In this document: positions 10,037 to 20,323 of the stretch, one piece after another
How the letters are laid out: every line of letters begins with the position of its first letter
Position numbering within the stretch: the first letter of the stretch is position 1
Virus record (IMG/VR): IMGVR_UViG_3300037882_003154
Location: 57,374 to 121,373 of that record
Reading direction: 5' to 3' (one strand)
Origin: a virus
Length of the DNA: 64,000 nucleotides
Position numbers and translations under genes: made by a program
Notes under the pieces: model-generated
Seen by the model: the letters and a program-made list of their open reading frames with translations, nothing else
The model's database searches: none
Told to the model about the DNA's origin: nothing

Positions 10037-10887
10037 GTTCTTGTGTATCCTGTTCCTATATCATTATCTAATATCTTTTTAAGGTGAGAAACTATTGTGT
10101 CTTCTTTAGACTGCATATAAAACCAACTATGCAGGCTTTTATTGACAACCAAACCATGATTTCCATCTTTAGGAAATATAGCCAATAACTGCACCATCTC
10201 TTTGTTTACTATATCGTTTATGTGTTCAATGAAATCTTGGTGTACTAGATTATCATCAACAAACCACACATAATATTGGCTAGATTTTAGGGATTTGTGC
10301 TTAACCATCCTTTGTATACTTCGATCGGTGGTCTCATCTTCAACAAGAGACTCTAATATCCAGGGTATATTTTCAAGATTCATGCCCTTTAGTTTCATCA
10401 ATATTGATGACACATCACACTTAGTAATTATGACAATGGATTGTGGTTTAATATAAGGTGTTGTTCGTCCTTGATAGATAATATTATCAAGAGCCCTCTC
10501 TATTTTAGATGGGTCAGATAGTTCTAGGATAGCAGACCACCTTATATTTGTAGCATCCCTTACTAGCTCATATTTGTCTTTGTCCTGATTAGCTAGAGCC
10601 CAGTCTTTATCCCTAAACCATTTGCAATGCCTGTTTATTTTGAAACTTAAGGTTTCTTGAACAAAGTCTACTGTGGCTCCTGCTCTAATGAAATCATCTA
10701 GCTTGCCCAAATAACAGCCGGTTTGTAGTTTTGGGTCAATGTCTATTTGTTTGAATATACAATCTTCACAAAAAGCTTGTATGTGCCAATTACTTTTCCA
10801 CTCTTCAGCCGAATCTAATATTAATTTGTGGGCATCTTGCTTATATATATCTTCTGGGTGTTTGTGTACAATAATTTCTTCGGGCAT
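10009..10887 (-). CDS. Hypothetical protein with N-terminal Cys cluster, within the glycan island
   Basis: Long ORF in operon context; CEDC..GC..C motif. Confidence 0.6.
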   Translation of the reverse strand: MPEEIIVHKHPEDIYKQDAHKLILDSAEEWKSNWHIQAFCEDCIFKQIDIDPKLQTGCYLGKLDDFIRAGATVDFVQETLSFKINRHCKWFRDKDWALANQDKDKYELVRDATNIRWSAILELSDPSKIERALDNIIYQGRTTPYIKPQSIVIITKCDVSSILMKLKGMNLENIPWILESLVEDETTDRSIQRMVKHKSLKSSQYYVWFVDDNLVHQDFIEHINDIVNKEMVQLLAIFPKDGNHGLVVNKSLHSWFYMQSKEDTIVSHLKKILDNDIGTGYTRTWAQILQKT

Positions 10888-10900
10888 GATTATGGTCTTT

Positions 10901-11377
10901 TTAGTGTCTCTGTGAAACTACGATATAAGTGTCATCGAGCATAATGGGTTCTATGATTTTGAGCCCCTTAGATTGTAAAAAACCACAAATGTCAGTGATA
11001 CAAGAGCTGTTCTTGCGGAAGTTGATGGGATTTGTTTGGTCTCCACGAAGCAATACATTTCCTTGTTGCACGGTGATTTTGTGTTGATATATTTTCCTAC
11101 AAATATTATATAGGTCAACCCCACCAACTTTTAGTATGCCACCATGACGCAACTTTTTAATCCAATTGTTGAGGGCTTTTTCTATCTGTGGCTGTGACAT
11201 ATAGTCTATTATATCTAGGGCTCTTATCTCTGTAGCTTCGGCGTCTTCACAAATAGTGTCAAGGTTAATAAAATCCGAAAATGTAGTCTTGACCCCACCA
11301 ACTACCACTGGAAACATAGATAGGTTGTGGTAGTCTGAAGAGAAATTTGCTTCGTTACGAATAAGGTTGATTTTCAT
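10901..11377 (-). CDS. Methyltransferase-like protein (class I fold fragment)
   Basis: EIRALDIIDYM..ALNNWIKKLRHGGILKV resembles the C-terminal half of class I MTases. Start moved to MKINL. Confidence 0.55.
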   Translation of the reverse strand: MKINLIRNEANFSSDYHNLSMFPVVVGGVKTTFSDFINLDTICEDAEATEIRALDIIDYMSQPQIEKALNNWIKKLRHGGILKVGGVDLYNICRKIYQHKITVQQGNVLLRGDQTNPINFRKNSSCITDICGFLQSKGLKIIEPIMLDDTYIVVSQRH

Positions 11378-11382
11378 ATTAA

Positions 11383-12408
11383 TTAGCCTGTATATACCGT
11401 GTTCGCTGCTTGATAGAATAATTTGTTCCAAGTTTCTAGATATTGTTCTAGACCACATTTACTTATAACTGTTTCTCTAGCCCTTTTGCCCATTTCATCA
11501 CACAGCTTCGGGCTGTCTAGCAATTGCTTGAGCCTTCTTCGCATTGTACTTTCATCATTGGTTACAAATGCATCATATTCGTCTGTAAAAAATTCTGGAA
11601 TAGCACAAGTTGCTGTGGTTACTATACCAGCCCCACAAGCTGCCGCTTCTAACAATGCACAAGGGATTGGTGAAATTAACGATGTATTAACAAATACTTG
11701 GCAGGCTCTATAGTGATTAACAAGTTCATCTAATGATTTTGCCGCCTCAGAAAGACCGGGAGTAGCCCCCATTGGTTTAACTGGAAGACCTTGGGTTATT
11801 CTCTTCCAAAGATTGAATCCGCAAGGCTGATCCCTATTTATCCAATCATTAACAACAGCCCCAATGGTCTTGATTTTTGGGATGTTTTCGTCTGGGCAAA
11901 ATAGTTCTGTGTCTACAGTATGTGGTATAACTATAGAATTTGATTCGTCCCACCCCCATTGTTTTCTACTCCAGTCTGTGATAAAAACATTTATATCACC
12001 ACTAAATGATCTTAGTTGTTGCCTCATTATTGGAGACCAAGTATCGTATGGGGCTGTGTGTTCAGCTTGTATAATGTTTAAATGATATATTTTTTGTAGC
12101 TGCTTAAAAAACTGATATTGACCAAATCTATTTTCTGACAATATAAGGTCAAAGCCTACATCTTTGGGTATTTGGTCGTTACCAAGATTTCTGTCTAGAA
12201 GTACAAAGTTGGCTGGTAGTGGGGCATACTCAGAATTCCATCCCTTGAAATTTTCTGTTTGTACCAAATAGAAATTGTGACCAGTCTTAGCATATTGACT
12301 CTGAACCCTTTCATGGACCGGACTACAGAGCACATTTAATTTATCCTTAGGTTTTCTAGTAGCCTGCCGTAATACCGATCTCATGCCATTAATTTGCATT
12401 GGTAGCAT
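11383..12408 (-). CDS. Glycosyltransferase family 4 (GT-B)
   Basis: VFVNTSLISPIPCALLEAAACGAGIV (EX7-type motif). Exact start uncertain. Confidence 0.85.
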   Translation of the reverse strand: MLPMQINGMRSVLRQATRKPKDKLNVLCSPVHERVQSQYAKTGHNFYLVQTENFKGWNSEYAPLPANFVLLDRNLGNDQIPKDVGFDLILSENRFGQYQFFKQLQKIYHLNIIQAEHTAPYDTWSPIMRQQLRSFSGDINVFITDWSRKQWGWDESNSIVIPHTVDTELFCPDENIPKIKTIGAVVNDWINRDQPCGFNLWKRITQGLPVKPMGATPGLSEAAKSLDELVNHYRACQVFVNTSLISPIPCALLEAAACGAGIVTTATCAIPEFFTDEYDAFVTNDESTMRRRLKQLLDSPKLCDEMGKRARETVISKCGLEQYLETWNKLFYQAANTVYTG

Positions 12409-13540
12409 CCTCTAATAAGAGATTCTTAATGCGTTCACCAACAACCTTCTTATTAAACTTCTCAAATATATTCTTGACACATCTTTCTGTCTTTTGTTCT
12501 CTTAGCTTTTTGTTCTCAAAAGCCTCTCTCATGGCTCTACGCAAGGCACCAACACTAACCTCATACCAATTTTCATCAGCCCTATACATATCAGGAAGTT
12601 CTACATTTATAGCCCCAAAGCATGGTTCTGAACTACCAGCAACAAGCCAAGCTGTATCGTCATTTAAATAATCCATCATACCACCACATTTACTAGCGAT
12701 AATTGCCTTGCCCATTGCTGCTGATTCAGCACATGGTATGCACCACCCCTCTCCTCTAGAAGCATTAACAAAGCAATCACAGGCATTATACAAAGAATAC
12801 AGGGTTTCATCATCTAATTTATCGGTAACGATGTATTCTCTATGATATCCACCTGCTGATTGATATAGTTTTAAACCATCTTTAACTTGATTACAATAAT
12901 CCGCACATCTTTTTGCAGTTTCTTGCACAGAGACGCCAGGAATATTCACCTTAAATAAGAGCCCCACCCTTTCTTGTGGATGAAACTCAGAATGAAAAGC
13001 CTTAACAATAGCCCCTAGGTTCTTCCTTCTGTTAAATTCGCCCACAAAATAAAACATAAACATACCATCTGCCCCAATTGGTAGTTTATTATATGATCTT
13101 TGAAACTTTTCGGTATCTATGGCATGACCAACATAATACACTGGTTTATGTATTTGTTGATTGTGATGGTGTTTTTCTGTTAGAATCTGGTATTGAAAAC
13201 TGTTAGTAGCCCAAATCTCATCCATTAGATTAAGATGGGTATGCCAATTCGGTCCATGAACACTGTCTGTCTCAGACTCGAACATTGCTATATTTTTCTT
13301 AAAGCCACCATGATATTGCATAAAATGGGGCAAAGTATATTGGATTACTACATCACAATCACTACTATTCCTCTGTTCTAGTTCAAGGATCCTTTCCGGT
13401 AATTTTGATGAAGCATCATTAAACCTAACAGGTCTAATTACCAAATCAATACCAACAGAATCCATAGCCTCTATGTAGGATAAGGCTGCTGATGAATAGC
13501 CGGTTCCATCTCTGTAATTAGATATAAAGAGGACTTTCAT
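12389..13540 (-). CDS. Glycosyltransferase family 4 (GT-B)
   Basis: FNRRKNLGAIV, CFVNASRGEGWCIPCAESAAMGK. Confidence 0.85.
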   Translation of the reverse strand: MKVLFISNYRDGTGYSSAALSYIEAMDSVGIDLVIRPVRFNDASSKLPERILELEQRNSSDCDVVIQYTLPHFMQYHGGFKKNIAMFESETDSVHGPNWHTHLNLMDEIWATNSFQYQILTEKHHHNQQIHKPVYYVGHAIDTEKFQRSYNKLPIGADGMFMFYFVGEFNRRKNLGAIVKAFHSEFHPQERVGLLFKVNIPGVSVQETAKRCADYCNQVKDGLKLYQSAGGYHREYIVTDKLDDETLYSLYNACDCFVNASRGEGWCIPCAESAAMGKAIIASKCGGMMDYLNDDTAWLVAGSSEPCFGAINVELPDMYRADENWYEVSVGALRRAMREAFENKKLREQKTERCVKNIFEKFNKKVVGERIKNLLLEDATNAN

Positions 13541-13541
13541 A

Positions 13542-13748
13542 TTACTCAAAATTAACCGCCCTTGGATCTATCTCTCTGATTACCCTATTATTTCTTTCGT
13601 TTTCAAGCTGTAGTCTAATTATGTCATTCTTTGCTTTCAGATCAAAAATCTGTTTGGACAAAAAAGTAATTAAACATGTCTGTAGTATAAAACACAAAGA
13701 AATAACAATCACTTGGACTTTAAACATCCCACAGTTCACCCCGTTCAT
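13542..13748 (-). CDS. Small membrane-anchored coiled-coil protein
   Basis: Hydrophobic VQVIVISLCFILQTCLITFL followed by heptad-like segment; fills the gap between two GT genes. Confidence 0.5.
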   Translation of the reverse strand: MNGVNCGMFKVQVIVISLCFILQTCLITFLSKQIFDLKAKNDIIRLQLENERNNRVIREIDPRAVNFE

Positions 13749-13764
13749 TATTGGTGTTCGTTGC

Positions 13765-15504
13765 TTATGTTCCACACAAAAACTCCTTATGATTTTCAAT
13801 ATTACTATCTGGTTTAGCATGAGTAATATAATAGGGCTTTTCTCTATTCTCTATACCACATCTTACCTTTTCCCAATTATTGATATTATTTCTCATATCA
13901 AATAACTGTTGCAACATATTATTAAGCTGGAAAGGCTCTGGTGTTGGACGAATTCCCACCATCGAAAAATCATTAATATACATATTGCCGCCATTAACTA
14001 TTTTGCCACCATATGTAAGGCTCTTAACAAGATTAAGCGCAAAATATGTATTGAGCTTTTCTGGCATTCCCAGGACATTCACAATAGCCCAATCAACCAT
14101 CTGAGACATGGATATATTAGATGGATATGTTGTGACAGGATTGTGTAATTTTGGTGGTGATTTCCAGGTTAATCTCCAATCAATGGGCTCCACACTATCA
14201 AAATATGCCATCCATTTTTTCGTTGTCTCTTCCCAATTAAAATGTTTCTCAACACACTTTCTGGTATCAAATCCACGCTTTTTTCTTAATGACTCCGGCA
14301 ATGAGAAAAATTTGATGAGTATATCTACTATTGAATCTGGGTCTGGCTTAGCCCTATGTGTATGTGTTGTTACATCTCTTGATTTAGACAAAAGCTCTAT
14401 TGGATATGCCTTGCATTTATTTATAAAGTCAATAGTACCAGAATAGTTAGTAACAGCCAGTGGTATGCCACACGAAGCCGCTTCTACACAAGGGATGCCA
14501 AACCCCTCTGAAGAAACTGGCTGAACATATAAGTCCATCAAATTATATATAACGCCTAGCTGTTCAGGACTAATGCCATGTTGTGTATTAGGCAACGTGG
14601 CTCCTGGCTGACCACAGTGAGGACAGAACACCCTACTATCAGCCCATAATTCCACAAATATATTGTGGCAATTTCTGCACAAATAGGTAAATAATACCTT
14701 GTGCATTATATTTTCTTCTTGTAGAATTAGTGGTAGGTTCCACCCAAGATCTGGATAAGAAGTATGACAATATAGATAGGTTCTTTGCCCCAAATCTTTA
14801 TTGCTTTTTTCACAATAATCAAGGAATTTTCTAAAAGCCTGAAATAGGTCGGGAAACAGTTTGCGAGCCTGGTTTCGCATCACAGTTCCAACAATATTGA
14901 TATTTTTACCAAACCCAAATTTTGCTTTGAGACCCTGTTTATCAAGTATTGGATTAAAGGTCTTAAAATCACCACCTGGAGGATTGGCTGATAATATTTT
15001 GAGAGACCCGCCGGTTTGGTTTTCTAGTAGACACTTAGCCCATTCAGTATATGTAAAGAGACAGTCCGCCTCCATCATTTGACCTATCCAGTCGGTGGCT
15101 TGTGGCTCACCATCGACGGTTGGCATATAGGCTATTTTATAGAGTGGTCTAAATGGAGAAGAAAACAGATGGGTGCAATACCAAGAATCGCTGATATCAA
15201 ATACTATATCTGGTTTAAAGTCAAGTACAACATCTTCATATCTCCATCCACCAAATTGTGCAAATCCATCTGCATTGTGTTGTGCTATACCGGCTTGGTC
15301 ATTGGGTTCAGGTGCATTAGGATAGACTCGCCAAGGTATAGAATAAGTTCTTTGGTCTGCCAGTGTACAGTATGAGGCGTGTTCCGCAATACAAAATTTA
15401 TTGGTAGCATAGAGCCTATCCAATAGATTTTTGTAATACACAGCATAACCACTAGACAAAAAAGTAGCTTCGCTTCTAGCCAACAGCCTTAATTTTCTAG
15501 TCAC
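13765..15504 (-). CDS. Glycosyltransferase family 4 with internal Zn-ribbon
   Basis: VMRNQARK, EGFGIPCVEAASCGIP; inserted CRNC..(x)..CPHC. Confidence 0.85.
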   Translation of the reverse strand: MTRKLRLLARSEATFLSSGYAVYYKNLLDRLYATNKFCIAEHASYCTLADQRTYSIPWRVYPNAPEPNDQAGIAQHNADGFAQFGGWRYEDVVLDFKPDIVFDISDSWYCTHLFSSPFRPLYKIAYMPTVDGEPQATDWIGQMMEADCLFTYTEWAKCLLENQTGGSLKILSANPPGGDFKTFNPILDKQGLKAKFGFGKNINIVGTVMRNQARKLFPDLFQAFRKFLDYCEKSNKDLGQRTYLYCHTSYPDLGWNLPLILQEENIMHKVLFTYLCRNCHNIFVELWADSRVFCPHCGQPGATLPNTQHGISPEQLGVIYNLMDLYVQPVSSEGFGIPCVEAASCGIPLAVTNYSGTIDFINKCKAYPIELLSKSRDVTTHTHRAKPDPDSIVDILIKFFSLPESLRKKRGFDTRKCVEKHFNWEETTKKWMAYFDSVEPIDWRLTWKSPPKLHNPVTTYPSNISMSQMVDWAIVNVLGMPEKLNTYFALNLVKSLTYGGKIVNGGNMYINDFSMVGIRPTPEPFQLNNMLQQLFDMRNNINNWEKVRCGIENREKPYYITHAKPDSNIENHKEFLCGT

Positions 15505-15976
15505 CAGCCACCCTGTTCCTTTTGATGATATACTTTTTGGCTTTATTATATACAGACTTTACAGTATTTATAGATTTATTTGTGCATTCGGCTATGTCCC
15601 TGAAGGACATATTCATCATCCTGTATAACAATATATTATATTCTTCTGGGGATAGTTTTGGCAAATATTCTGATAAATTTTCTGTCTTTTTATCAAAAAA
15701 AATATTAATATCAGCTATATTAACAAACCCCATCCTATAATGCTTGTTCTTTTTTTGCTCTTTTATGATTTCTTGAAGAATGCAAATCCAAGCGATAGTA
15801 GACAACTCACCCCTAGTTGGATCATGTCTCCTAATTGCCTTTAGGAGCCCAATACAACCAGCCTGGAAGTAGTCATCTACATCGCTTAGACTATTATGCT
15901 TAGCAGTGAACTTTTTTACATGCTTAAAGACCAGACCTAGATTTTCAACTAGGATCTGGTCTTCTTTTTTGTTCAT
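15497..15976 (-). CDS. RNA polymerase sigma-70 family factor (short, regions 2 and 4)
   Basis: ENLGLVFK..DYFQAGCIGLLKAIRRHDP..LSTIA (region 2); MSFRDIAE..SINTVKS (region 4 HTH). Confidence 0.85.
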   Translation of the reverse strand: MNKKEDQILVENLGLVFKHVKKFTAKHNSLSDVDDYFQAGCIGLLKAIRRHDPTRGELSTIAWICILQEIIKEQKKNKHYRMGFVNIADINIFFDKKTENLSEYLPKLSPEEYNILLYRMMNMSFRDIAECTNKSINTVKSVYNKAKKYIIKRNRVAGD

Positions 15977-15993
15977 GCAGCAACCCCGTTCGC

Positions 15994-16392
15994 TTAAAAT
16001 GGTGAGTCTTCTTCGGCACTGCTATTATCACTACCCACCGTGTCTTCACTATCAGGCTTGGGAACACCACCTTTTCCATCATTGATAAAGGTAAAGTCGT
16101 TGACCTTAAATTTAAGCTTGCTTCTTTTGCTGCCATCCTTTGCAACCCAGTTGTCCTGAACCACGGCAGCCATAACAGATAGTTGCCTGCCCTTGACACA
16201 ATACTTGGCGATTAATTCTGCTCGTGGTCCCCAAGCATCCATATCAAGGAAGATGGTCTCTTTTTCACCACTCTTGTTTTTAAACCCACTATGAATAGCC
16301 AACCCGAAGCTACAAACTGGCGTCTTTAGTTCACCAACATATTTAAGTTCTGGGTCTCTTGTTAAATTACCTACGAAAACACAATTGTTCAT
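15994..16392 (-). CDS. ssb: Single-stranded DNA-binding protein
   Basis: NNCVFVGNLTRDPELKY OB-fold; acidic C-terminus EEDSPF. Confidence 0.95.
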   Translation of the reverse strand: MNNCVFVGNLTRDPELKYVGELKTPVCSFGLAIHSGFKNKSGEKETIFLDMDAWGPRAELIAKYCVKGRQLSVMAAVVQDNWVAKDGSKRSKLKFKVNDFTFINDGKGGVPKPDSEDTVGSDNSSAEEDSPF

Positions 16393-16417
16393 GTTAATTA
16401 CTCTTTTTTGTGGTTAG

Positions 16418-17014
16418 TTACTTCATTATTTCAATAAAACGCTTTGGATCTGATAGAACTTGTTTTATCCTATCATATCCCTCTACGACATTTAACTTTT
16501 GGGCTAATTTATCTGTGCTCTCATTTAGACCATTTTTAGATACCTCCAGTAATACATTTTGAAGTGACGCTTGTTTGGTGTTGTTCGATTTGTCTAATTC
16601 AAGCTGACAAAAATCTAGTATAGATTGGGCTCCACTAGATATTGTTAGTAAATCACCGCGTGTCGATATAAGTTTAACTAAGTGAAAACTGTATTTTACC
16701 AGTAGTATTAAGGATGCCATGTTGATATATAAGAAGTATCCACATGCATATATTGGAATATCATGGTGAGATTTTCTAGATATATCATTATTATAAGTGG
16801 TCTCTTGTACTATCGAACACATGTTGTCTTGGAATAATAGTGTGTTTACCACACATATCTTGTTGGTTAGATGTGGTACAAATAGTGTTATGTGTTCATA
16901 TTTGCTCTTTTTAGTTCTGGTATTTGTTTCTTCGTTTAGACTATACAGCTTAATGATACTACATGTGTAGTCATTGTCTTCTAATATCTTAATAATCTCA
17001 GATTTAAATTTCAT
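16418..17014 (-). CDS. Hypothetical protein coupled to the dnaE C-terminal gene
   Basis: 198-aa ORF; TAATG overlap with the dnaE-C stop. Confidence 0.6.
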   Translation of the reverse strand: MKFKSEIIKILEDNDYTCSIIKLYSLNEETNTRTKKSKYEHITLFVPHLTNKICVVNTLLFQDNMCSIVQETTYNNDISRKSHHDIPIYACGYFLYINMASLILLVKYSFHLVKLISTRGDLLTISSGAQSILDFCQLELDKSNNTKQASLQNVLLEVSKNGLNESTDKLAQKLNVVEGYDRIKQVLSDPKRFIEIMK

Positions 17015-19644
17015 TATATCTGTATAACTTCCATTATGGTGAGTTTATTATTAAAATTAGTTCTATTTCCAACCACAATTACCGAATTGTTTTCTACTAG
17101 TAGATCACCATATTGGGCTATTTTATCCCCAAACATTGTAGCCCCATCAACCATACCAGTCTCATCAAAAAAATTAATAAACAACATTTTTTGTCCGGTA
17201 TTTTTGCCAGCCCTTATTTCATATTCTGACACCCTGGATATCTGACAGGCTATAGCAATTTGTTGTGTTCCTATGCCATTATTATAGTCTGCACAGGTTG
17301 AATTGGCAATAGAAATATCTTTTGAGTTTAGTTCCGACACCGAAACCGCTATTCCCAAAAGTTTTTCTTCATCGTTTGCCATAGAAACAATTGTGTCTTC
17401 CATAGAATAGGGTGGGCTCTCTAGGGACTTTATTATATCATTGACAATAACTTGTCTATTTTTATTTTTGGATTTAGTATTATGCAATGCATCCAAGAGC
17501 CCCTGGTACTTATCACAATTAGTAATAATACTGGTCTGTTCGCCATTACTTAGTTCTTGCCATTTTGAATATTCATAACACATTAGGGTCCTGGTCATAT
17601 TAAATGGAAGAGATCCACACTTAATCATATTCTCTATGCCAGTCTTATTAACATTTGTCGCTACTAAGCACAGGAACTCCAACCAAGACAGTTGTGTTAT
17701 GTTTTTGCCAGTATTTGATATGGCTTCTCGTAATTTTGATATAACAGAATCACCGACACCCCTAATATCTCTAAGCCCAAACCTTATACACCCATTATGT
17801 ATATGGAAGTCAGATTCCATAGTTATGATAGATGGTGGTAATACCTTTATACTAAATCTTTTACAGTCGTCTATGAGCTCTTTTTTCTCTTTTTTGGGAT
17901 CGAGTCTTTCTTTGGCATATTTTAGATAAGTTTTAAAGAATTCCAGTGGATAGTTAGCTTTATAATATGCTGTGTAGTATCCTATATGGGCGTACGCCAC
18001 ACTGTGCGACAGGTTAAACGAGTATCTTTGGCTTCTCTTTATATTATCCCATATTGCCCTGGCACTATCATCATCAACAACGCCATGACTCTTGCACTTA
18101 TCTATAAAAGTTGTCTCGATTTCCGCCATAAGTTTTGGGAGCTTCTTGCCAATACTGTTGTGTATGACCATCCCATTGGCGATAATCCAGTGTATTTGTT
18201 CTCTTGGTCTGCTTCTATCTAAATTGTCTACTGTAAAATCATAGACATTTTGTTTACCAAACTTTGGTCTGATTTCTTTGACAGCGCCGTGGTCGATATC
18301 TCTTTGTTTTTTGGTATTTGATAATAGATCGCCTATATTAGATATCATTTCCTCTGACATATATTGAGATAAAATAGGATCCTTGCTTATCTTGTATATA
18401 GATGCCACATCATCGAATATCATCCTATATTGCTGGCTTTCTTTGGCTTTTTTACACACAATTTTTGTGTATATATTCTGTATGCTCAAAAGGAGCTGCA
18501 TTTGTTTTGCTAATTTTTTGGACTTAAAGATAATATATACACTATTTTTTATTGCATGTCTTTGTAAACCACAAGATAATATAAACCCCAGAGCCCTATT
18601 AATGGTGGCGATATCAGCCCCAAGAATAAATCTGGGTAGATATTTTTTCGTAGCCGACTTTGCACAGTCTTGCAAGAGTGGTGCTAGCCTTTGTCTTTCT
18701 GCATATCCTATCCTTAGCTGATTTTTGTTATAGAATGTGGGCTTTTTCCCAAAGACCCTCAGATACAAGTCTGAGTATTCACTTAGTATGTGTTCACTAC
18801 AGTGTGAAAAAAAGCTCTTGTCTTTCGCCCCTTTACCAAAATAATAACCAGAATATACTATCGCCCCCACTAATGTGTATAGATCTTGGGTCTTTTCTGT
18901 ATCGGTCAATGCTGTATTATATATATGGGTTTGATCACCACCCTCAATAATATTCTGTATGTTTAATATTGAATTATACAAAGAGTCTTTAGACTTTATG
19001 AATCCACCCTTTGTTATTGAGTAAATTTTATGATTATGTGTACAGGCGATTGACATTCCATTATTTAATACTATCTCGTGTACTTCTTTTTTATCACTTA
19101 GCCATATATCATATATTTGTACCCAGACGAACTCTTTCATATTAGGGTGTATTGATAGAAACGAATCATTCTTATATTCAGCTTCTAAGATCTCTTTTAT
19201 TGTGATCCACCCCCTAGTCTTAGACAAAAACATAGTGTCGTCAGTAACGCATTTTCTAAGAGTCTCTGATTCAGCAAGAGTGAACCCGGCTATATCCCTG
19301 GATATTTGAATAGCCTGTTCCTGAAAAACCAAAATGCCCTGTGTCTTTTTCAAGATGGGCTCTAGTGCGGGGTGCACATATTCTACCGGTTTTTCTCCAT
19401 TTTTTCTCATACAATACACATCTGTAAGAGACTTATTATCTAACTTAGACTCTAAGCAGCCGGGTCTTATAATAGATATAATATCAGACAGTTCTTCGAT
19501 AGATCTTGGTTTGGCTTTTTTACAATACCTAGATCCCAACCAATTTTCTAGCTGAAAAACACCTTTGGTATGTCCCTCACATATCATATCCCATGTTTTT
19601 GTGTCATCTAGTGGGACCGACATTAGTTTTTCGGTACTATTCAT
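17014..19644 (-). CDS. dnaE: DNA polymerase III alpha, C-terminal half (fingers, HhH, OB-fold), intein-containing
   Basis: PLDD..TW..GVFQLE, IRPGCLE, GILVFQEQAIQI, YSFNLSHSVAYA, IRFGLRDIRGVG, final OB-fold. Start moved to MNSTEK. Confidence 0.9.
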   Translation of the reverse strand: MNSTEKLMSVPLDDTKTWDMICEGHTKGVFQLENWLGSRYCKKAKPRSIEELSDIISIIRPGCLESKLDNKSLTDVYCMRKNGEKPVEYVHPALEPILKKTQGILVFQEQAIQISRDIAGFTLAESETLRKCVTDDTMFLSKTRGWITIKEILEAEYKNDSFLSIHPNMKEFVWVQIYDIWLSDKKEVHEIVLNNGMSIACTHNHKIYSITKGGFIKSKDSLYNSILNIQNIIEGGDQTHIYNTALTDTEKTQDLYTLVGAIVYSGYYFGKGAKDKSFFSHCSEHILSEYSDLYLRVFGKKPTFYNKNQLRIGYAERQRLAPLLQDCAKSATKKYLPRFILGADIATINRALGFILSCGLQRHAIKNSVYIIFKSKKLAKQMQLLLSIQNIYTKIVCKKAKESQQYRMIFDDVASIYKISKDPILSQYMSEEMISNIGDLLSNTKKQRDIDHGAVKEIRPKFGKQNVYDFTVDNLDRSRPREQIHWIIANGMVIHNSIGKKLPKLMAEIETTFIDKCKSHGVVDDDSARAIWDNIKRSQRYSFNLSHSVAYAHIGYYTAYYKANYPLEFFKTYLKYAKERLDPKKEKKELIDDCKRFSIKVLPPSIITMESDFHIHNGCIRFGLRDIRGVGDSVISKLREAISNTGKNITQLSWLEFLCLVATNVNKTGIENMIKCGSLPFNMTRTLMCYEYSKWQELSNGEQTSIITNCDKYQGLLDALHNTKSKNKNRQVIVNDIIKSLESPPYSMEDTIVSMANDEEKLLGIAVSVSELNSKDISIANSTCADYNNGIGTQQIAIACQISRVSEYEIRAGKNTGQKMLFINFFDETGMVDGATMFGDKIAQYGDLLVENNSVIVVGNRTNFNNKLTIMEVIQI
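18157..19251 (-). mobile_element. Cis-intein (365 aa) with degenerate LAGLIDADG-like core in dnaE-C
   Basis: Begins C(VTDDT) after ETLRK, block B ACTHNHKIY, ends VIHN followed by Ser (SIGKK). Excision restores the conserved LRK/SIGKK motif. Confidence 0.9.
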
Positions 19645-19651
19645 TGTATTA

Positions 19652-20323
19652 TTATGATACAAGTGTGTCTGGGGTTTCTTCGTCATTACCAAAAGCCCCC
19701 GCAAATTTAGCAGCCTTGGATTTTTTTCTTTGCCACTCTAAAAATCTAACAGCAATGGCTTTGGTATCTAGCACATCTTGTAGCGCTTCGTGTGCTTTGC
19801 CGCCCGCATCTATACCAAAAAACTTTCTTAGATAATCTAGGTTGTATCTGTAGGGTTCTTTGAGGCTCTCAAATGAAAACCACATCATTTGCATTGTATC
19901 TATGTGATATGGGCTGAATAGTGTTGGTCTATTAGTTTTATCTACCGGACCAAACTCTAAGCAAAGTCTATCAAAAATGATCTTGTCAAACCCTATGATA
20001 TTATGACCACATAGTATGGGACGGTCCCAAGTAGATTTGCCTTTAGAGAATTTATCTACAAATTTTACAAAATCAGACCACACTTCGGATATAGACGGGG
20101 CTTTTTCTAGCTGTTCTATGGTCTTTTTATTAACATCTAGGGCTTGCTGCTCTACTGTGGCAAAGTCGGTTGGTCTGATAAGAGAATAGAATCTAGATTC
20201 TTTTTCTTCTTGTAGAGTTCTGCTGTCTAATACTATGGCGGCAAGCTCTACTGGCTGACATGTGTAGGGGTTTGCTGATGATGTTTCAAAATCAGCCACT
20301 AATATTTTGTTAAAATTAATCAT
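19652..20323 (-). CDS. DEDDh 3'-5' exonuclease (DnaQ-like)
   Basis: ADFETS (ExoI), GHNIIGFD (ExoII), HEALQD (ExoIII). Confidence 0.9.
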   Translation of the reverse strand: MINFNKILVADFETSSANPYTCQPVELAAIVLDSRTLQEEKESRFYSLIRPTDFATVEQQALDVNKKTIEQLEKAPSISEVWSDFVKFVDKFSKGKSTWDRPILCGHNIIGFDKIIFDRLCLEFGPVDKTNRPTLFSPYHIDTMQMMWFSFESLKEPYRYNLDYLRKFFGIDAGGKAHEALQDVLDTKAIAVRFLEWQRKKSKAAKFAGAFGNDEETPDTLVS

